64,000 nt of DNA from Chara braunii (GCA_003427395.1 BFEA01000001.1:12422114-12486113), one strand, 5' to 3'; counted from the stretch's first letter, positions 38,601 to 50,642 are shown. Numbers and translations: made by a program. Notes: a model not told the origin generated them from the letters alone.

Positions 38601-41527
38601 CGCTGCCGCGGATTGACGATCTACTGGATGCTATCGGGTCCGCTCGGGTCTTTTCGAAGTTCGATATCCGACACGGGTTCCACCACGTCGCAGTCCGACT
38701 GGAAGAGGCCCAAAACCGCTTTTGCCCTGTTCGAGGGCACGTGGCAGTGGATCCGATGTCCCATGGGAATTTGCAATGCCCCTGCAACATTTCAGCGGGC
38801 CATGAATATGGCCTTCGCCGAGTTCGTTAACAAAACCCGTTTGACATAGCCGTTGATAAATTTGTGAGTGATTTTGTACATGGATGACATTTTGGTCTTT
38901 TCCAAAACCTACGAATACCATGTGGAACATATCGAATGGGTGTTACATGCATTGAAAGATGCGGGGTTCAAAGTGGCTCTGGAGAAATGTGAGTTTTTTT
39001 TGTCCGAGATTTCCTTTTGGGGCTACATCGTCACGGTCGAGGGACTAAAACCTGATCCCCGGAAGGTAGCAGCGGTCCGAGAAGCCCCAGCCCCAGTCAC
39101 GCTCACTCAGGTTCGAGCTTTCCTAGGGCTGGCCTTCTTATTATCGATGCTTCATTCGGGGCTTTGCCTGCCTCGCCAAGCCGCTGACGAACCTGCTGAA
39201 GAAGGAGGAGCAGCTGATATGGACGCCAGAATGCGAGGCGGCTTTTCAGGCACTTAAGGAGGCTCTGACATCGGCGCCCGTGTTGGCGCGTCCCGATCCG
39301 ACGAGACAGTTTGCGCTGCATACCGACTGGCAACCGCACGCGATATCGGCGGTACTGACTCAGCAAGGAACGGATGGAAGGGAGCACGCCATCGAGTATG
39401 CGTCGAAAACGCTAAGCCAGGCGCAGTCAAACTACGAGGCATGCAAGGGTGAGTGCTTGGCGGTGGTGTGGGGGGTTCAGCACTTTCGACCGTATCTGTA
39501 CGGCCAGAAGTTCGTGCTCGTGACGGATCATCAGCCATTGCTGTCGTTGCGGAACAACACACGGGTACCTTGGACCGCGCCACCGGGCAGCACGGAAACG
39601 CCGACGGTCTGACGCGCCTCCAGCCGCCGAACAAGAGTCCCGCGAACGAAAGGTTGATCCCGTGGAAGCCGATTTCGCCTTCCACGGAGCCCGGCTACGG
39701 GGAGGAGAATGTCCTCCGCAGGGGTGTTGCAGCAATCGGAGATGGCGATCTCCCTTGAGGAAGCCGCCACCCCTTCTTCCCTTCCCTATTCTTTAACCCC
39801 CTCTCCTGACCCTGACTCCCCTCCGAGCACACCTTCCCAAATCTGCTTCTTCTGCACCTTGCCCATGATACCGGACGGGGGAGATCCTCCCCTCGAGGGG
39901 CCTAACTTTCTTCCCTGGGTACAATGTAGTCAATGTCACATCGCCCGGTCCCATAGGAGTTGTGCCCGGTATCGGAATGAGAAAAGTTGGAACTGTCCCA
40001 ACTGTCGGACGGACCACGTACCTACGGAAAAACTATATTTAGTAGCCAGAATGGCACACAGAGTTTTGCCAAGTGTCCGTCGAGCGGAAGTCTGGACAGA
40101 TCTTTTGCTATTACGGAGACTGATAGGCGACCCGCTGACGGAACTTACCAAGGCTGAACGGTGACGTGTCACGGAACGGGTGCACGATTACCGCTGGCAG
40201 GGATCCGTCCTTCAAAAACGAAAAGACGATGACGTCAACGGATCTAGTTGGCTGACGGTTCCACACCCATAGGCCAGGTTCGATTGGACACGAGCCGCCC
40301 ACGAGGAGGATGCGGTCCACTTTGCAGTCAAATACACGGAAAAAGCAATAGAGAAAAACGGATGGTACTGGTCGGGAATCCGGGAGGATGTGAAAGACAT
40401 CGTCTGGACTTGCCCGGCCTGTGCGGCCGATAAGGCGCTGATACAGATGCCCCGTACAATAGTGTATACCCGGGTAGAGCGCCCCTTCCAACTGGTCAGT
40501 ATCGATACGACGGACATCAATGTGCCGAGAGGCCCTGTTGATCAAGGAGAACTCAATGTTCTTCTTGTAGCCGTAGACCATTTTTCGAAATGGATCGAAG
40601 CGTATCCAATGACCCGCCGGAACTCGCAGGAAGTAGCCTGGTATATTAATCGCTTTTTGTGCATGCACCTGAACGTGGAAGAGATACATATGGACAGAGA
40701 TACATATGGACAATGGATCTGAGTTCCAGGGGGAAGTAGAGCGACATCTTGTAAGGGCAGACGTTAAAATTTCGTACTCCCCAGGGTACTGGCCCCAAGC
40801 CAATGGGCTCGTGGAGAACGCCAACTGAATGATCAAGACTGCACTTAGACGGAATATCACGGCAGGTGATACCAGGCCGTGGCCTGTCATAGTCGACCAC
40901 ATTTTGGCCGTCTATCGGGCTACTCCCCACAGGAGCACCGGGATGTCCCCGTTCCAACTGAGAACCAATAGCGTCCCCAGAGTGCAGTTGTCACCTCTAG
41001 TGGGTACGGAAGTTGGAGTAACCCGGGCCCAACACAAGGACAAGGTCCAGCATTACTTGGATCTGATGGCCTAGACCTATCCCGCGTTAGCCTGAAGACG
41101 ACAAAGGGCCGTAGATCTGACGCATCAACGGCAGATCCGGGACTATGAGAACCGACACCCCACAGCGGGACCAATGCCCCGTTATAAAATCGGGGACTTG
41201 GTGCAGGTACGGAAATCTGCGCGCTCCTCCAAGATCCACCCACGCTATACCGGCATTTACGAGGTGACGGAAGTTGGCGCACGAGGACAGCACTCCGTGA
41301 AGCTGGTCCCCCGGCATAGAACGCAGGCCAGGTTGCTTACGCGACACGAGGCGGCTCTTCGACTGTTTCAGCCATCTCCGGGCTGCGAATCGGCTCTTGC
41401 CCCGTCCGAGCCTTCGTTCTCTCTCTCCCCCTCTCCTTCTTCGTCTTCTTCCTCTTCCCGATCTGCCTCGTCCCTTGGTACTGAGAGTCTCAGGGAGCAG
41501 GATGAACCATCGCCAGCCGGAGCATGA
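35652..41527 (+). pseudogene. Gypsy gag-pol of element 2 (Gag-PR-RT-RNaseH-PHD-integrase), decayed
   Basis: Gag (LAGTAFEWY..FLDRF), CYNCNQPGHLAKDC (36559-36600), ILDPGS protease site, RT (VCIDYRKLN, PMGICNAPATFQ, LYMDD), RNase H (HTDW, GECLA, TDHQPL), integrase (H..H..CPAC, VSID, VDHFSKW, PQANGLVE), PRYTGIYEV. Confidence 0.95.
39844..40005 (+). other. PHD finger (C4HC3) inside Pol
   Basis: CFFC...WVQCSQCHIARSHRSC...WNCPNC. Confidence 0.85.
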
Positions 41528-41981
41528 GCCAGTCGAGCACTTCCAGACGCCGCTTGCTGATCGCTTGTTGCGGCACCAGTTCAATGAGGAAAGGCAGTTG
41601 CGATACGACATTCAACAGGTCAACGTGCCAGCGCCCGGGGTTACTGATCTGGCGGCCTACTCGTTACTTTGTGATCGGCTGACGTATGCGGGGGTATACG
41701 TGGATGTGATGCAATTGTCGGGGCGAGAGACGACTCGAGTGTTCATAGAGTTTCGCGCGCTTTAGGTGGCACCTAATTTCGTGCACAGCGTCGCCACCTT
41801 TATCGGAGACCTGAGATCAATGGAGAGAGTGCAAGGACGGGGAGGACACCGATTCACAGCCCACGAAGCGCTGTTACGCAGGGCAGAGGACGGACCAATT
41901 GTGTTGGTGCCACAGCTCCCCGCGCTTCTTCCTCCCGCCGCCCCTCTCAACATCCAAGCTATTCCCCCTGCCCCGTACTAA
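41502..41981 (+). pseudogene. Accessory ORF A, unknown function (one internal TAG)
   Basis: ATG 41502 overlaps the end of pol. Fragments 41397-41765 and 41766-41981 are in one frame. Confidence 0.55.
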
Positions 41982-42860
41982 ATGCCTCCCTTTTTCTCTT
42001 ACACCACTCTCCCCTATCAACTCACGGAGGGCCCCTATCCTATGCGCGAGTTCTCGTAGTATTTGGTGGAGCTGACTGACGTGGAGCCGCTGCCCTTCGC
42101 AGACGAAGACGCATGGGAGTTGCACCGTGCTCTATACAAGTCGGTGGCGTTGGGGATGTTCCGATTCTTCGTGGATCACGAAGACCACTGCATCGGGGAG
42201 CACTTCGTCGTTTATTACGTCATCACGCGGCCCAAGCCAGCGCAAAAGGAGGAGACGGTGGTGTTGTACCCATTTGCCCAGCTCCAGACGACCGATCCGG
42301 GATTGTTGGAGCTCATACATCTTGAGCTCCTATCCATTGCACAAGTGATCGCGAGCGAGGAAGAGGAGATCCAGCCATGATTGCGGACGGCGGCTGCCCC
42401 GCGGAGAACGTACAACGCGGTCGTTATCCCGGATTACATTGCGCAGCGTGAGGAGAAGTTGGAGGACTTCCCTGAGGAAAAGCCGCTGCAACCTCCCTCA
42501 TCGTATCCCAGACCTGCGCCGCCAAAGGCCCCCGAGAAGACGCCGAAGAGGAAGAGACGCCACCAATCGCCAAGAGCGCGAGGTAGCCGAATCGGAGGCG
42601 GCGAGGAGGTGGTTCAGCCCGTGCACGCGCGGAATCCCGACCCTATGCCTGTGAGTGCGGCGATGCTGGTCGAGGAGACTGTCGTGCCATCGCCGTCCCT
42701 CCCGCGCGTGCCCGATCTCAATCTCGATGGAGCTTGGCCATCAGCCGCAGCAGCCGGAGGAGGAAGCCGAATGGGATTACCGGATCCCGTATCCAGACCC
42801 CCCGTCCTCGCGGGACCTTTCCGCTTCCGCCAGCCACCCCGGAGCTGTGTGTCCGAAATT
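41982..42860 (+). pseudogene. Accessory ORF B, unknown function, with basic NLS-like and proline-rich tail
   Basis: ATG directly follows the TAA of ORF A. One frame through 42063-42380 and 42381 onward, with two stops explicable by single transitions. Contains PKRKRRH. 3' end approximate. Confidence 0.55.
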
Positions 42861-43297
42861 GGATTTAACGCGGGTTTCACGTTAAAAAATTCAACGCGCG
42901 TTGAATTCGCGTTCAATCCCCGTTTGAACGCGCGTTGGACGGGGAAAAACGGGTTCCGCAATGATTTTTTTCCTAGGCTAAACATAATTGGAAAAAAAAA
43001 AAAAAAAAAAGGGGTCGTAGATCTTTTTGAGTTCTACGACCCCATATTTTTATTTCTATTTTTTTAGCTTTAAATATATTTTTAAAAAATAAAAAACATA
43101 AGCACAATAAAAAAACAAAAGCAAGAAATAACATGAGTCTTTTTTTTTTTTGGGTTTCACAGAGATTTTTAAGGGCTAAAACAAAAACAGAAAAAAAAAA
43201 TAAAAAATATAGGGTTGTAGATCTTTCAAAGATGTACAACAAAATATTTTTTTTGATTTTTTTTTATAACCTCGTGTATTTAAAAAAAAATCAAAAC

Positions 43298-43676
43298 CTG
43301 TGTAGCACACCGAACATGTTCGGCGCCCCACCGAGCAGCCGAACATGTTCGGGCGCTTGGCCGAGCGCGAACCACATGTTCGGCCGAGTGCAAATTAGAG
43401 GGCTGCCGAGCGCGTCCTCATGTGTGTGTGGTGTGTGGGATGTATGTGGGGTGTTCGTGGGATGTCTGGGGGTGCGTGTGTATGCGGTGTGTGTATGTGT
43501 ATGTTTAGGAATCATGAGCGATGCCCCCCAGGGCCCCCCAACCCCTATATATATAAAAAATAAATAAAAAAATTAAAAAAATAAAAATATTCGGGCTCGG
43601 TCTATATTGGGTCACGTTCGGGTTCGGTACCGAGCGTTCGGGTTCGGTCACCGAGCCCGAGCGCGATGCTACACAG
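43298..43676. mobile_element. hAT-type MITE, 379 bp
   Basis: TIR CTGTGTAGCA/TGCTACACAG, perfect 8-bp TSD ATCAAAAC (43290-43297, 43677-43684), subterminal CCGAAC/GTTCGG repeats. Confidence 0.9.
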
Positions 43677-44987
43677 ATCAAAACCATAAACAACATATTT
43701 TTTGGCCTGCATGGCTTAGGTAATCTTGCTGGGTAGACTCCCTGATTTTCCCTGCTTCGTTCACTGTTGTTGTAACCACCACCATCAGATCATTTGTGAT
43801 CTGATGGCTGGGAAGCACTCTGCCGTGATTTCCAGTGGGAGGTCTCTGTTTTTTTTGTTTTTTTTTTTTGCCTTTCTCCTGTTTTCTCAGTCCAGGAACT
43901 CGTAATGAACCTGTCAGGCCGCTGCCACTCAGTGTCACACTGGATCGGCCACACTCCAATCCGTCTGCTAATGGGACCATGCCCCTGGGGTGTGGTCCCA
44001 TTAGCAGTCCGATAGAAGTGTGGCCGATCCTGTGTGACACTGAGTGGCAGCCGCCAGACAGGTTTATTACGAATTTCTGGGCTGAGAAAACAGGAGAAAG
44101 GCCACAAAAAAAAAAAAAAGAAACTGACAGCAGTGATTCTGACACCCTCCATATACTCCGTGATTGAAGGAGGGCTCCACCCAATGAGATAATTGGACAA
44201 CAGCAAGTAAAATGCTGAAAATCTTCTATCCAGTGGGCTAAGGCCGACCCCAACCTCGTTTGGGGTTGGCCACACCCCCAACCGATTGAAAAGATTATGG
44301 TGGGAAGTTGTCTTTGCACGGGCATGCCCAGTGTTAAGGAGAGGAGGGGAACGAAGATTTCCTTACTTTTTCGAGTAATACATGTAAAACACTGCCCGTG
44401 GGATCACGAGTACTGCACTGCAGGATTTGGGTCACTCAACTGCCACACAAACTCTTTTTTATCCTATCCGGTTGCTAGTGGGACCATGCCCCTGGTGCTT
44501 GTCTTTTTTTTTTTTTTCCGTTGCAACGGGAAAGAACTTTTTTTTTTTTTTTTAAACAACGGGCCCAGTGCCCAAGGCTGATATTATCAATGAAAGTGTT
44601 GAGGCTGGGGACCTCACAGTCTATCCAGAGTGAACCCGAAAAACAGTTGAGAACCGGGCTCACACTGCTGTCTGGTCGAAATTGCCCTCAATACTGGTAG
44701 GGTGATGGTCCTGAGTGCTGGTCACACTGCGGTAGGATAGTAGGGACAGGGGGTGTGCTGGGAGTATTAATGTGGGGATGGGTAGGGTAGGTGGCCTATC
44801 CCTGGGGTCTGGTCCCACCTACGGCCGTTGGGTTGAGAAACCTCAACGGTGTGACACCATTTACCGCATTTTTTAAATCCGAAAAATGCATTTCAGATTT
44901 ATTCGTAGCAGTTTTTATTCATTTGAAGAAAATGATGCGAAAATAGTGGTTTCTGTCGAGGATTCTGCGTATCTTGAAGTACCATAT

Positions 44988-45109
44988 GGGCCTCGCTGCA
45001 CTACTCTCGAAATGTGCAAAACGAGAGTGAATCTTTCCCTAGAATATGGAAAGATGCACTGCCATAATTTTTGTCTTTTGTGCATGTCGAGAGTAGTGCA
45101 GCGAGGCCC
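44988..45109. mobile_element. Small Harbinger-like MITE
   Basis: Inverted termini GGGCCTCGCTGCACTACTCTCGA. Related ends at ~6016 and ~49855. Confidence 0.75.
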
Positions 45110-46765
45110 CATGATGTGGAAACACGAGGACGTCGAAGTGGGTCCAAAGAGCAATGAATATAGGCAAGAACAGGGAAACATACATCGACTTTCTTTTTTC
45201 TTTTGTTTGTGCATGTGGTGAGCAACGGAGCGAGGCCTTATAGAGCCCACGCACGACAGTTACGGCTTTCATTGCACTGACGAAGTGCCTGACACAGTAT
45301 ACGAGAAACGGGGAACAGCAGACGGCGACAAATCCCAAAAATCACAAAATTTCTCATCGACCATGTTGAGAAACCTACCCTTGACCGTGGAGGGTAGTTT
45401 TCTCAACTCCGTGGCGCTTGCCCATGCCGCCTTCCCTCCATTGCGGGAGTCCATTCGAAGTCCTTATAAGAAAAAAAAAAATCATTCAAATCACCCCGTA
45501 GGACATCAACCTTTCGAAATACTTCCAACCGTGGGATCGCAGCCCTGTCGACGGCCACATCCTGTCGAACGTTGTCGCTCGTCGTAGAAAACTCGGCGTT
45601 GAGTTTTCTCAACAACACAGGTGGGACCAGACCCCTGTTGCTACCAGCAATCACCACAGTCTGGTCCTTGGCCTCTACAACACCCTGGGCTTTCAAAAAA
45701 AAAAAAAAAAAAAAGAATGGATCTTCTGCTAGAACGTGGAATAATACACCGCCATATGATTGTCTTTTGTGCATGTGGNNNNNNNNNNNNNNNNNNNNNN
45801 NNNNNNNNNNNNNNNNNNNNNNNNNNNNNNNNNNNNNNNNNNNNNNNNNNNNNNNNNNNNNNNNNNNNNNNNNNNNNNNNNNNNNNNNNNNNNNNNNNNN
45901 NNNNNNNNNNNNNNNNNNNNNNNNNNNNNNNNNNNNNNNNNNNNNNNNNNNNNNNNNNNNNNNNNNNNNNNNNNNNNNNNNNNNNNNNNNNNNNNNNNNN
46001 NNNNNNNNNNNNNNNNNNNNNNNNNNNNNNNNNNNNNNNNNNNNNNNNNNNNNNNNNNNNNNNNNNNNNNNNNNNNNNNNNNNNNNNNNNNNNNNNNNNN
46101 NNNNNNNNNNNNNNNNNNNNNNNNNNNNNNNNNNNNNNNNNNNNNNNNNNNNNNNNNNNNNNNNNNNNNNNNNNNNNNNNNNNNNNNNNNNNNNNNNNNN
46201 NNNNNNNNNNNNNNNNNNNNNNNNNNNNNNNNNNNNNNNNNNNNNNNNNNNNNNNNNNNNNNNNNNNNNNNNNNNNNNNNNNNNNNNNNNNNNNNNNNNN
46301 NNNNNNNNNNNNNNNNNNNNNNNNNNNNNNNNNNNNNNNNNNNNNNNNNNNNNNNNNNNNNNNNNNNNNNNNNNNNNNAAGGAAATGCACCCACATGCAC
46401 ACACATGTGCTCCCAGTCTTGGGGTATGTGGTGACCCTTACTTTTTTTCCCTCTTGCTGTTTGAATTTCGGGAGGGAGGGGCATGTTTGGCCACCCCACC
46501 CTGTTAGCAGGGGTCAAAATTTTTTTTTCTTTTTCTTGTTTTTAGTGTTTGGGCGCGTAGGGCCACGTGTCCGAGGCCCAACGCGCCGGTTCCGTTTTTC
46601 AAAATTCGACGGAACACCCCCGTTTTCGCGTTAAACGCGATTTAATGGGGGGGCCCAGGCCCGTTGAACGGGTTCAACGACGTTGAATTTCGCCCGTTCT
46701 CCGTTCATAGGGCACACAGCCCCGGAGTGCCCCGATCATTGACATTAGCAGTTCCTCCGAGCCGG

Positions 46766-47239
46766 ATGGTCCATCCGACAGAGGTGGATTTCATGGTGGA
46801 GCCCACCACCATCAGGCTCGAGGCCATTGCGGGGGCGCCGCGCCCTGATCCAGCGTGGGGGCCATATCTGACACCCCCTTTTCAAGGGTGTGTTGCGGCG
46901 CGGCTGGCAGGGACGCTCATCTACGAGACCGGGCAGCGTCCCAATGTGATGTATCACTTCCTTGTCTTCGTGGCGCAAAAGTGGGAGCGGCGGCCCTACA
47001 CCGAGACTCATGTGGTGATGACGGGTCCCGGACCCCGATCGGTGCGCAAGCGGGTGGTGCGAGCGGTGGCGGATCTGGCGCCACGTGTCCTGTCTCATGT
47101 GCCGGGGGCCTTTCTCTATCCCTCGTTCGTCCAGCACCACTTCCATGAGGAGGACGCGTTGACGACTCCCGCGGCAATGGCCGTTTTCCTTCCACCTATT
47201 CCACCCCCTCTTCATCCCGACATCGATCACTTCCTTTGA
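46766..47239 (+). CDS. Accessory ORF C (157 aa), unknown function, uninterrupted
   Basis: ATG 46766 to TGA 47239, ordinary protein-like composition, just upstream of the 3' LTR. Confidence 0.6.
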   Translation: MVHPTEVDFMVEPTTIRLEAIAGAPRPDPAWGPYLTPPFQGCVAARLAGTLIYETGQRPNVMYHFLVFVAQKWERRPYTETHVVMTGPGPRSVRKRVVRAVADLAPRVLSHVPGAFLYPSFVQHHFHEEDALTTPAAMAVFLPPIPPPLHPDIDHFL

Positions 47240-47723
47240 TCACCCTTGTCTACTTCTCCCTTCGTCTCTCTTTCTCTTTCTCTTCATCGTCTTCTCCTCC
47301 TATGCCCAAAGTTCGCGCGTCGAGACGCGCTGTACAAAAAAAATAAATAAATAAATAAATAAAAAATTCAGTGGACAACTTACCGATCGGGCCAGCTGAC
47401 GATGAAGGGGCCGCCCAAGCATCCAAAATATGATGACATCAGTAGTCGGGAGACTGCTAATTTTTCGGAACCCCCTGCGCATCACAGATGTGATAAGCTC
47501 AGACCCGTACCACGCGGCTTGCCGTATCCCTGAGGAAAAATCCCCCGGAAGCCCAAAGTACGGATGTGAATGAAAAGGGTTTTTTTTTTTTCCTTTTTAC
47601 TTTTGTTTTCTTTTTGAAACGGCTTTTTCACTTTTCTTTGGTTAATAACTTCCGCGCGGGCGAATAGCGGCCGCGGTGTGAAGACCAAGAAACGGTTTCG
47701 GTTGGGACTTTTTGAATTTTTGT

Positions 47724-49700
47724 GCGCGCGCCCCCAAGCTCCGACTTCTTCGTGCGCCTCGCACCCCCGTTTCTTGCTCTGCATCCCCGCGCCATCTTCC
47801 TTTCTTGCTACGCGCGTTTTCCCCCATGCAGGACCCTTCGTCTTCCCCTACGCCCAGCTCGATCCCTACCCCATCTTCCTCCACGAGTGAATGGCTGCGT
47901 AGTTGGGATGCGCGAATCAATGTGGAAGGCGAAAAGGCGCACCACTTGAACGAACACCCCAATTACGCCTGACCACGCGACTCAGCGGAACACCCCATCC
48001 GAAACCCTTCACCCTTCTTTTGTCCTGCTCGTCTACAACCGGCGCTGCCCGCACCTCGCGCTGACAACCTGCCGCCTCCCACGTTATCAATTGTCGCAAC
48101 CCCCTCCTCTCCCTCTCTTTGATCTCGGCTGCAATGCTGCACGAGCTATGCGTGAACGTCCGCGATGCCAAACAGGCTTGACGAGCCCAAGTTACGGGCG
48201 GAGTGACGACGTGGGTCGGGCTTAGCGATAGACTCGGGGTAAGCCAGCCAGAGGGATTGAGCAGTGGTGGAGATCGGGCGCCGATCACAATAGGGTCTTT
48301 TGGCTATGGTGGTCGGTGGTCCTTGGGAAGTTTGCGGTTGCGCCTGAGGGCTTCAGCCAATTGGAAAAATTTTGTGTAAAAGGAAACTCGCTTTCTTTTC
48401 TCCATTGCTGCTTTGTCTCCGTGAGATGTATGCAACGTCCCGTCGAGTGGGTAATCGGTTGTATGCATGGAAGTGAGTTGCGGTGAGATGGTCTGTGAAG
48501 GGGTGTGAGTCTGCGTATGCATGTATGTGGTCCTTGGGTATTGCGTGGCGATTGTCTGCCTGGATGCATGATTAAGTCGGCCATCGTACCTCTTTTTCCT
48601 TTTGCCTCGTTCCCTTGTTGGTTCCGTTGCTCGGTCGTGTAGGGCGGGGGCCTTTGTGTACCGAAGGGATCCCTTCCGACCTGCGCGCTCGAGTCGGAGT
48701 CCCGCGGCGCTGACGTTTGACGTGGTGCATCACTGTTGAGGACCGGAGGCGTTCGCTGTGCCTGCTGAAGGTGGTCAGCAAACGGTTCCGCCCCTCCTTC
48801 GGACCCCTCTGGTTGAGTGGTGCCACACCAGAGAGAGAGAGACGTTGCCGCTCTTTGTATGGAGACGGGTTTCCCATCGAGCAGGGGTTCTCGCCCGCGC
48901 ACTTACCCCGACTCCGCGCGTCGCAGTGCAGTCCCGATCTTCCCTATCGTCGACGACGATAGCGTCCACTGCGACGTGGACGTACGGAGTGCCCTACGAC
49001 GCACGGAGCAGGTTCACTGGCGTAACCCTGAACGGGCGTGCCACATCGCGAGGGAAGGGTTTCTGCTGATAGACAACTTTTCTTCCCCGCCCCTTATACT
49101 GCCTTACACCGACCTGACGGTGCTCCCCTGGTCTGCGGCTTGCGCCGCGTGGCGCCCCCAATTTGGTTGCCGATGGTGCCAGCAGGGGGACTCCTGCTCG
49201 TGGCGAAGGCTGGTTCTGGGGTACGAAGGAGCCGCCCAGTTCCCTGAACTCTCCCGGGACGCCGGATCTCTCCCTGCCCGTTTCCGTGTCCCGACAGCAG
49301 CGACAGCCCCCGCCCGCCGAGTTCCCCCGGCCGTGAGTCCCCGAGGCCTCGACGAACCCAACGACGAGGCTTGAGACTCCACGCGGGGGAATCCATCGCC
49401 CTTTATGTGGAGCAGGCCCGACGAGGAATAGGTTCCCCGTCCCTCCTTTTTCCCCATCTAGAGGAACCGAGTTGGGCCCGTCCGTTCACCCCGTTCTCCT
49501 CCCCCTTTGTTTTTTTTTGGTAATCCTGAGCAAGGATCGAGCCCCAGTCGGGGGAAACCTATCGGCCCCGAAACGAGAGACTCCCATTCCTACCGGGAGA
49601 CTCAACCCCCATGGCCAAAAATCCTCGGCCACGCCCCCTTCTACTCTGATCGGCGACCCAGTACGGAAAGCCACGACGGGGCGTGAGGTTGCGCATCACA
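47724..49700 (+). repeat. 3' LTR of element 2; true left end somewhere in 47489-47724
   Basis: Collinear with the 5' LTR up to ...GAGGT (49689), then TGCGCATCACA. Candidate TG starts at 47489, 47565 and 47677; no clear PPT abuts any of them. Confidence 0.9.
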
Positions 49701-50508
49701 ACAGGCGGAGGTCCTGAAACCCGGCCCTCCTCACCTGAGACTCGGATGATGTAATCGCCCGTAAGTGTAGGGTCTTCCTTACGGCCTGTGGAATGAAAAA
49801 AAAAACAAGTCGGGTAAATTAATCACCCTGGTCCAGTTAGGGCGCCGTTACAATGGGCCTCGCTGCACTACTCTCGAAATGTGCAAAATGAGGGTGAATC
49901 TTCCTCTAGAATAGGGAAATGTAAGGATCCGTAAGTGGGGTGTGGAAAGAGGCCATTGGCATGGGCACGGTTCCACTAGCACACACGAGTCACGGCCTAT
50001 TCCAACCTGTGCGACGCTTTGAGAAAAGGAAGAAAAGTATTTTAAAGACCGTAAAAAAAACAAACATGCCCATGTCACATTTCCCAAGATGGCAAGATGG
50101 GAACGAGGGCCGCGTTCGAAAGTGCTGCTTACCATGCCGCCAATGCTGAATGAGGACAGAGTGGTTGGTGACGATTGCAGTCTCATGTACCACCCGGAGG
50201 GAGTCCCTTAGTGTGCCCTACTGGACTCCCTTCTCTGACGATTGCCATGCACAAGCGTGCACTGCGTACATGTTGAGAAAAAAAATCCAATACTCGATGG
50301 GGCTGGAATAGACTGGGAAAAAAAAGGTGCTGGTGGTGAATACCAACCCCTTGGACTACTTGATTTGTTTTTCCCGCGTGGCTTGGACTCTCTTTCACAC
50401 CTGCTCTCGTCCTTCTTCAGATTCTCTTCTTTACTGCGCCGTTCTTGATTGCCTCCGTCCTTGGTATTGCTGCTGTCTTCCGTTGCTTTGTTGCTTATGT
50501 CGATGCAG

Positions 50509-50548
<40 letters not shown>

Positions 50549-50636
50549 AGCTCGCTTGCTCGCTGGGTCGATTGCATGCAAGGTCGTATCTGATGTGATC
50601 CGATCGTTATTTTCTCTTATGTATTCTGCTCTGCTC

Positions 50637-50642
<6 letters not shown>

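Larger units (their letters stand above)
33528..49700 (+). mobile_element. Large Ty3/Gypsy retrotransposon (element 2) with ~2-kb LTRs, accessory ORFs and asymmetric LTR ends
   Basis: Direct repeats 33528-35452 and ~47724-49689 (12 differences in a 180-bp sample, mostly transitions), PBS at 35453, gag-pol, extra ORFs, nested MITEs at 43-46.5 kb. Confidence 0.93.

Noticed and set aside
47396-47470. CTGACGA as a second hammerhead core
   Set aside because: No stem II followed by GAAA and no cleavage triplet in the right topology.
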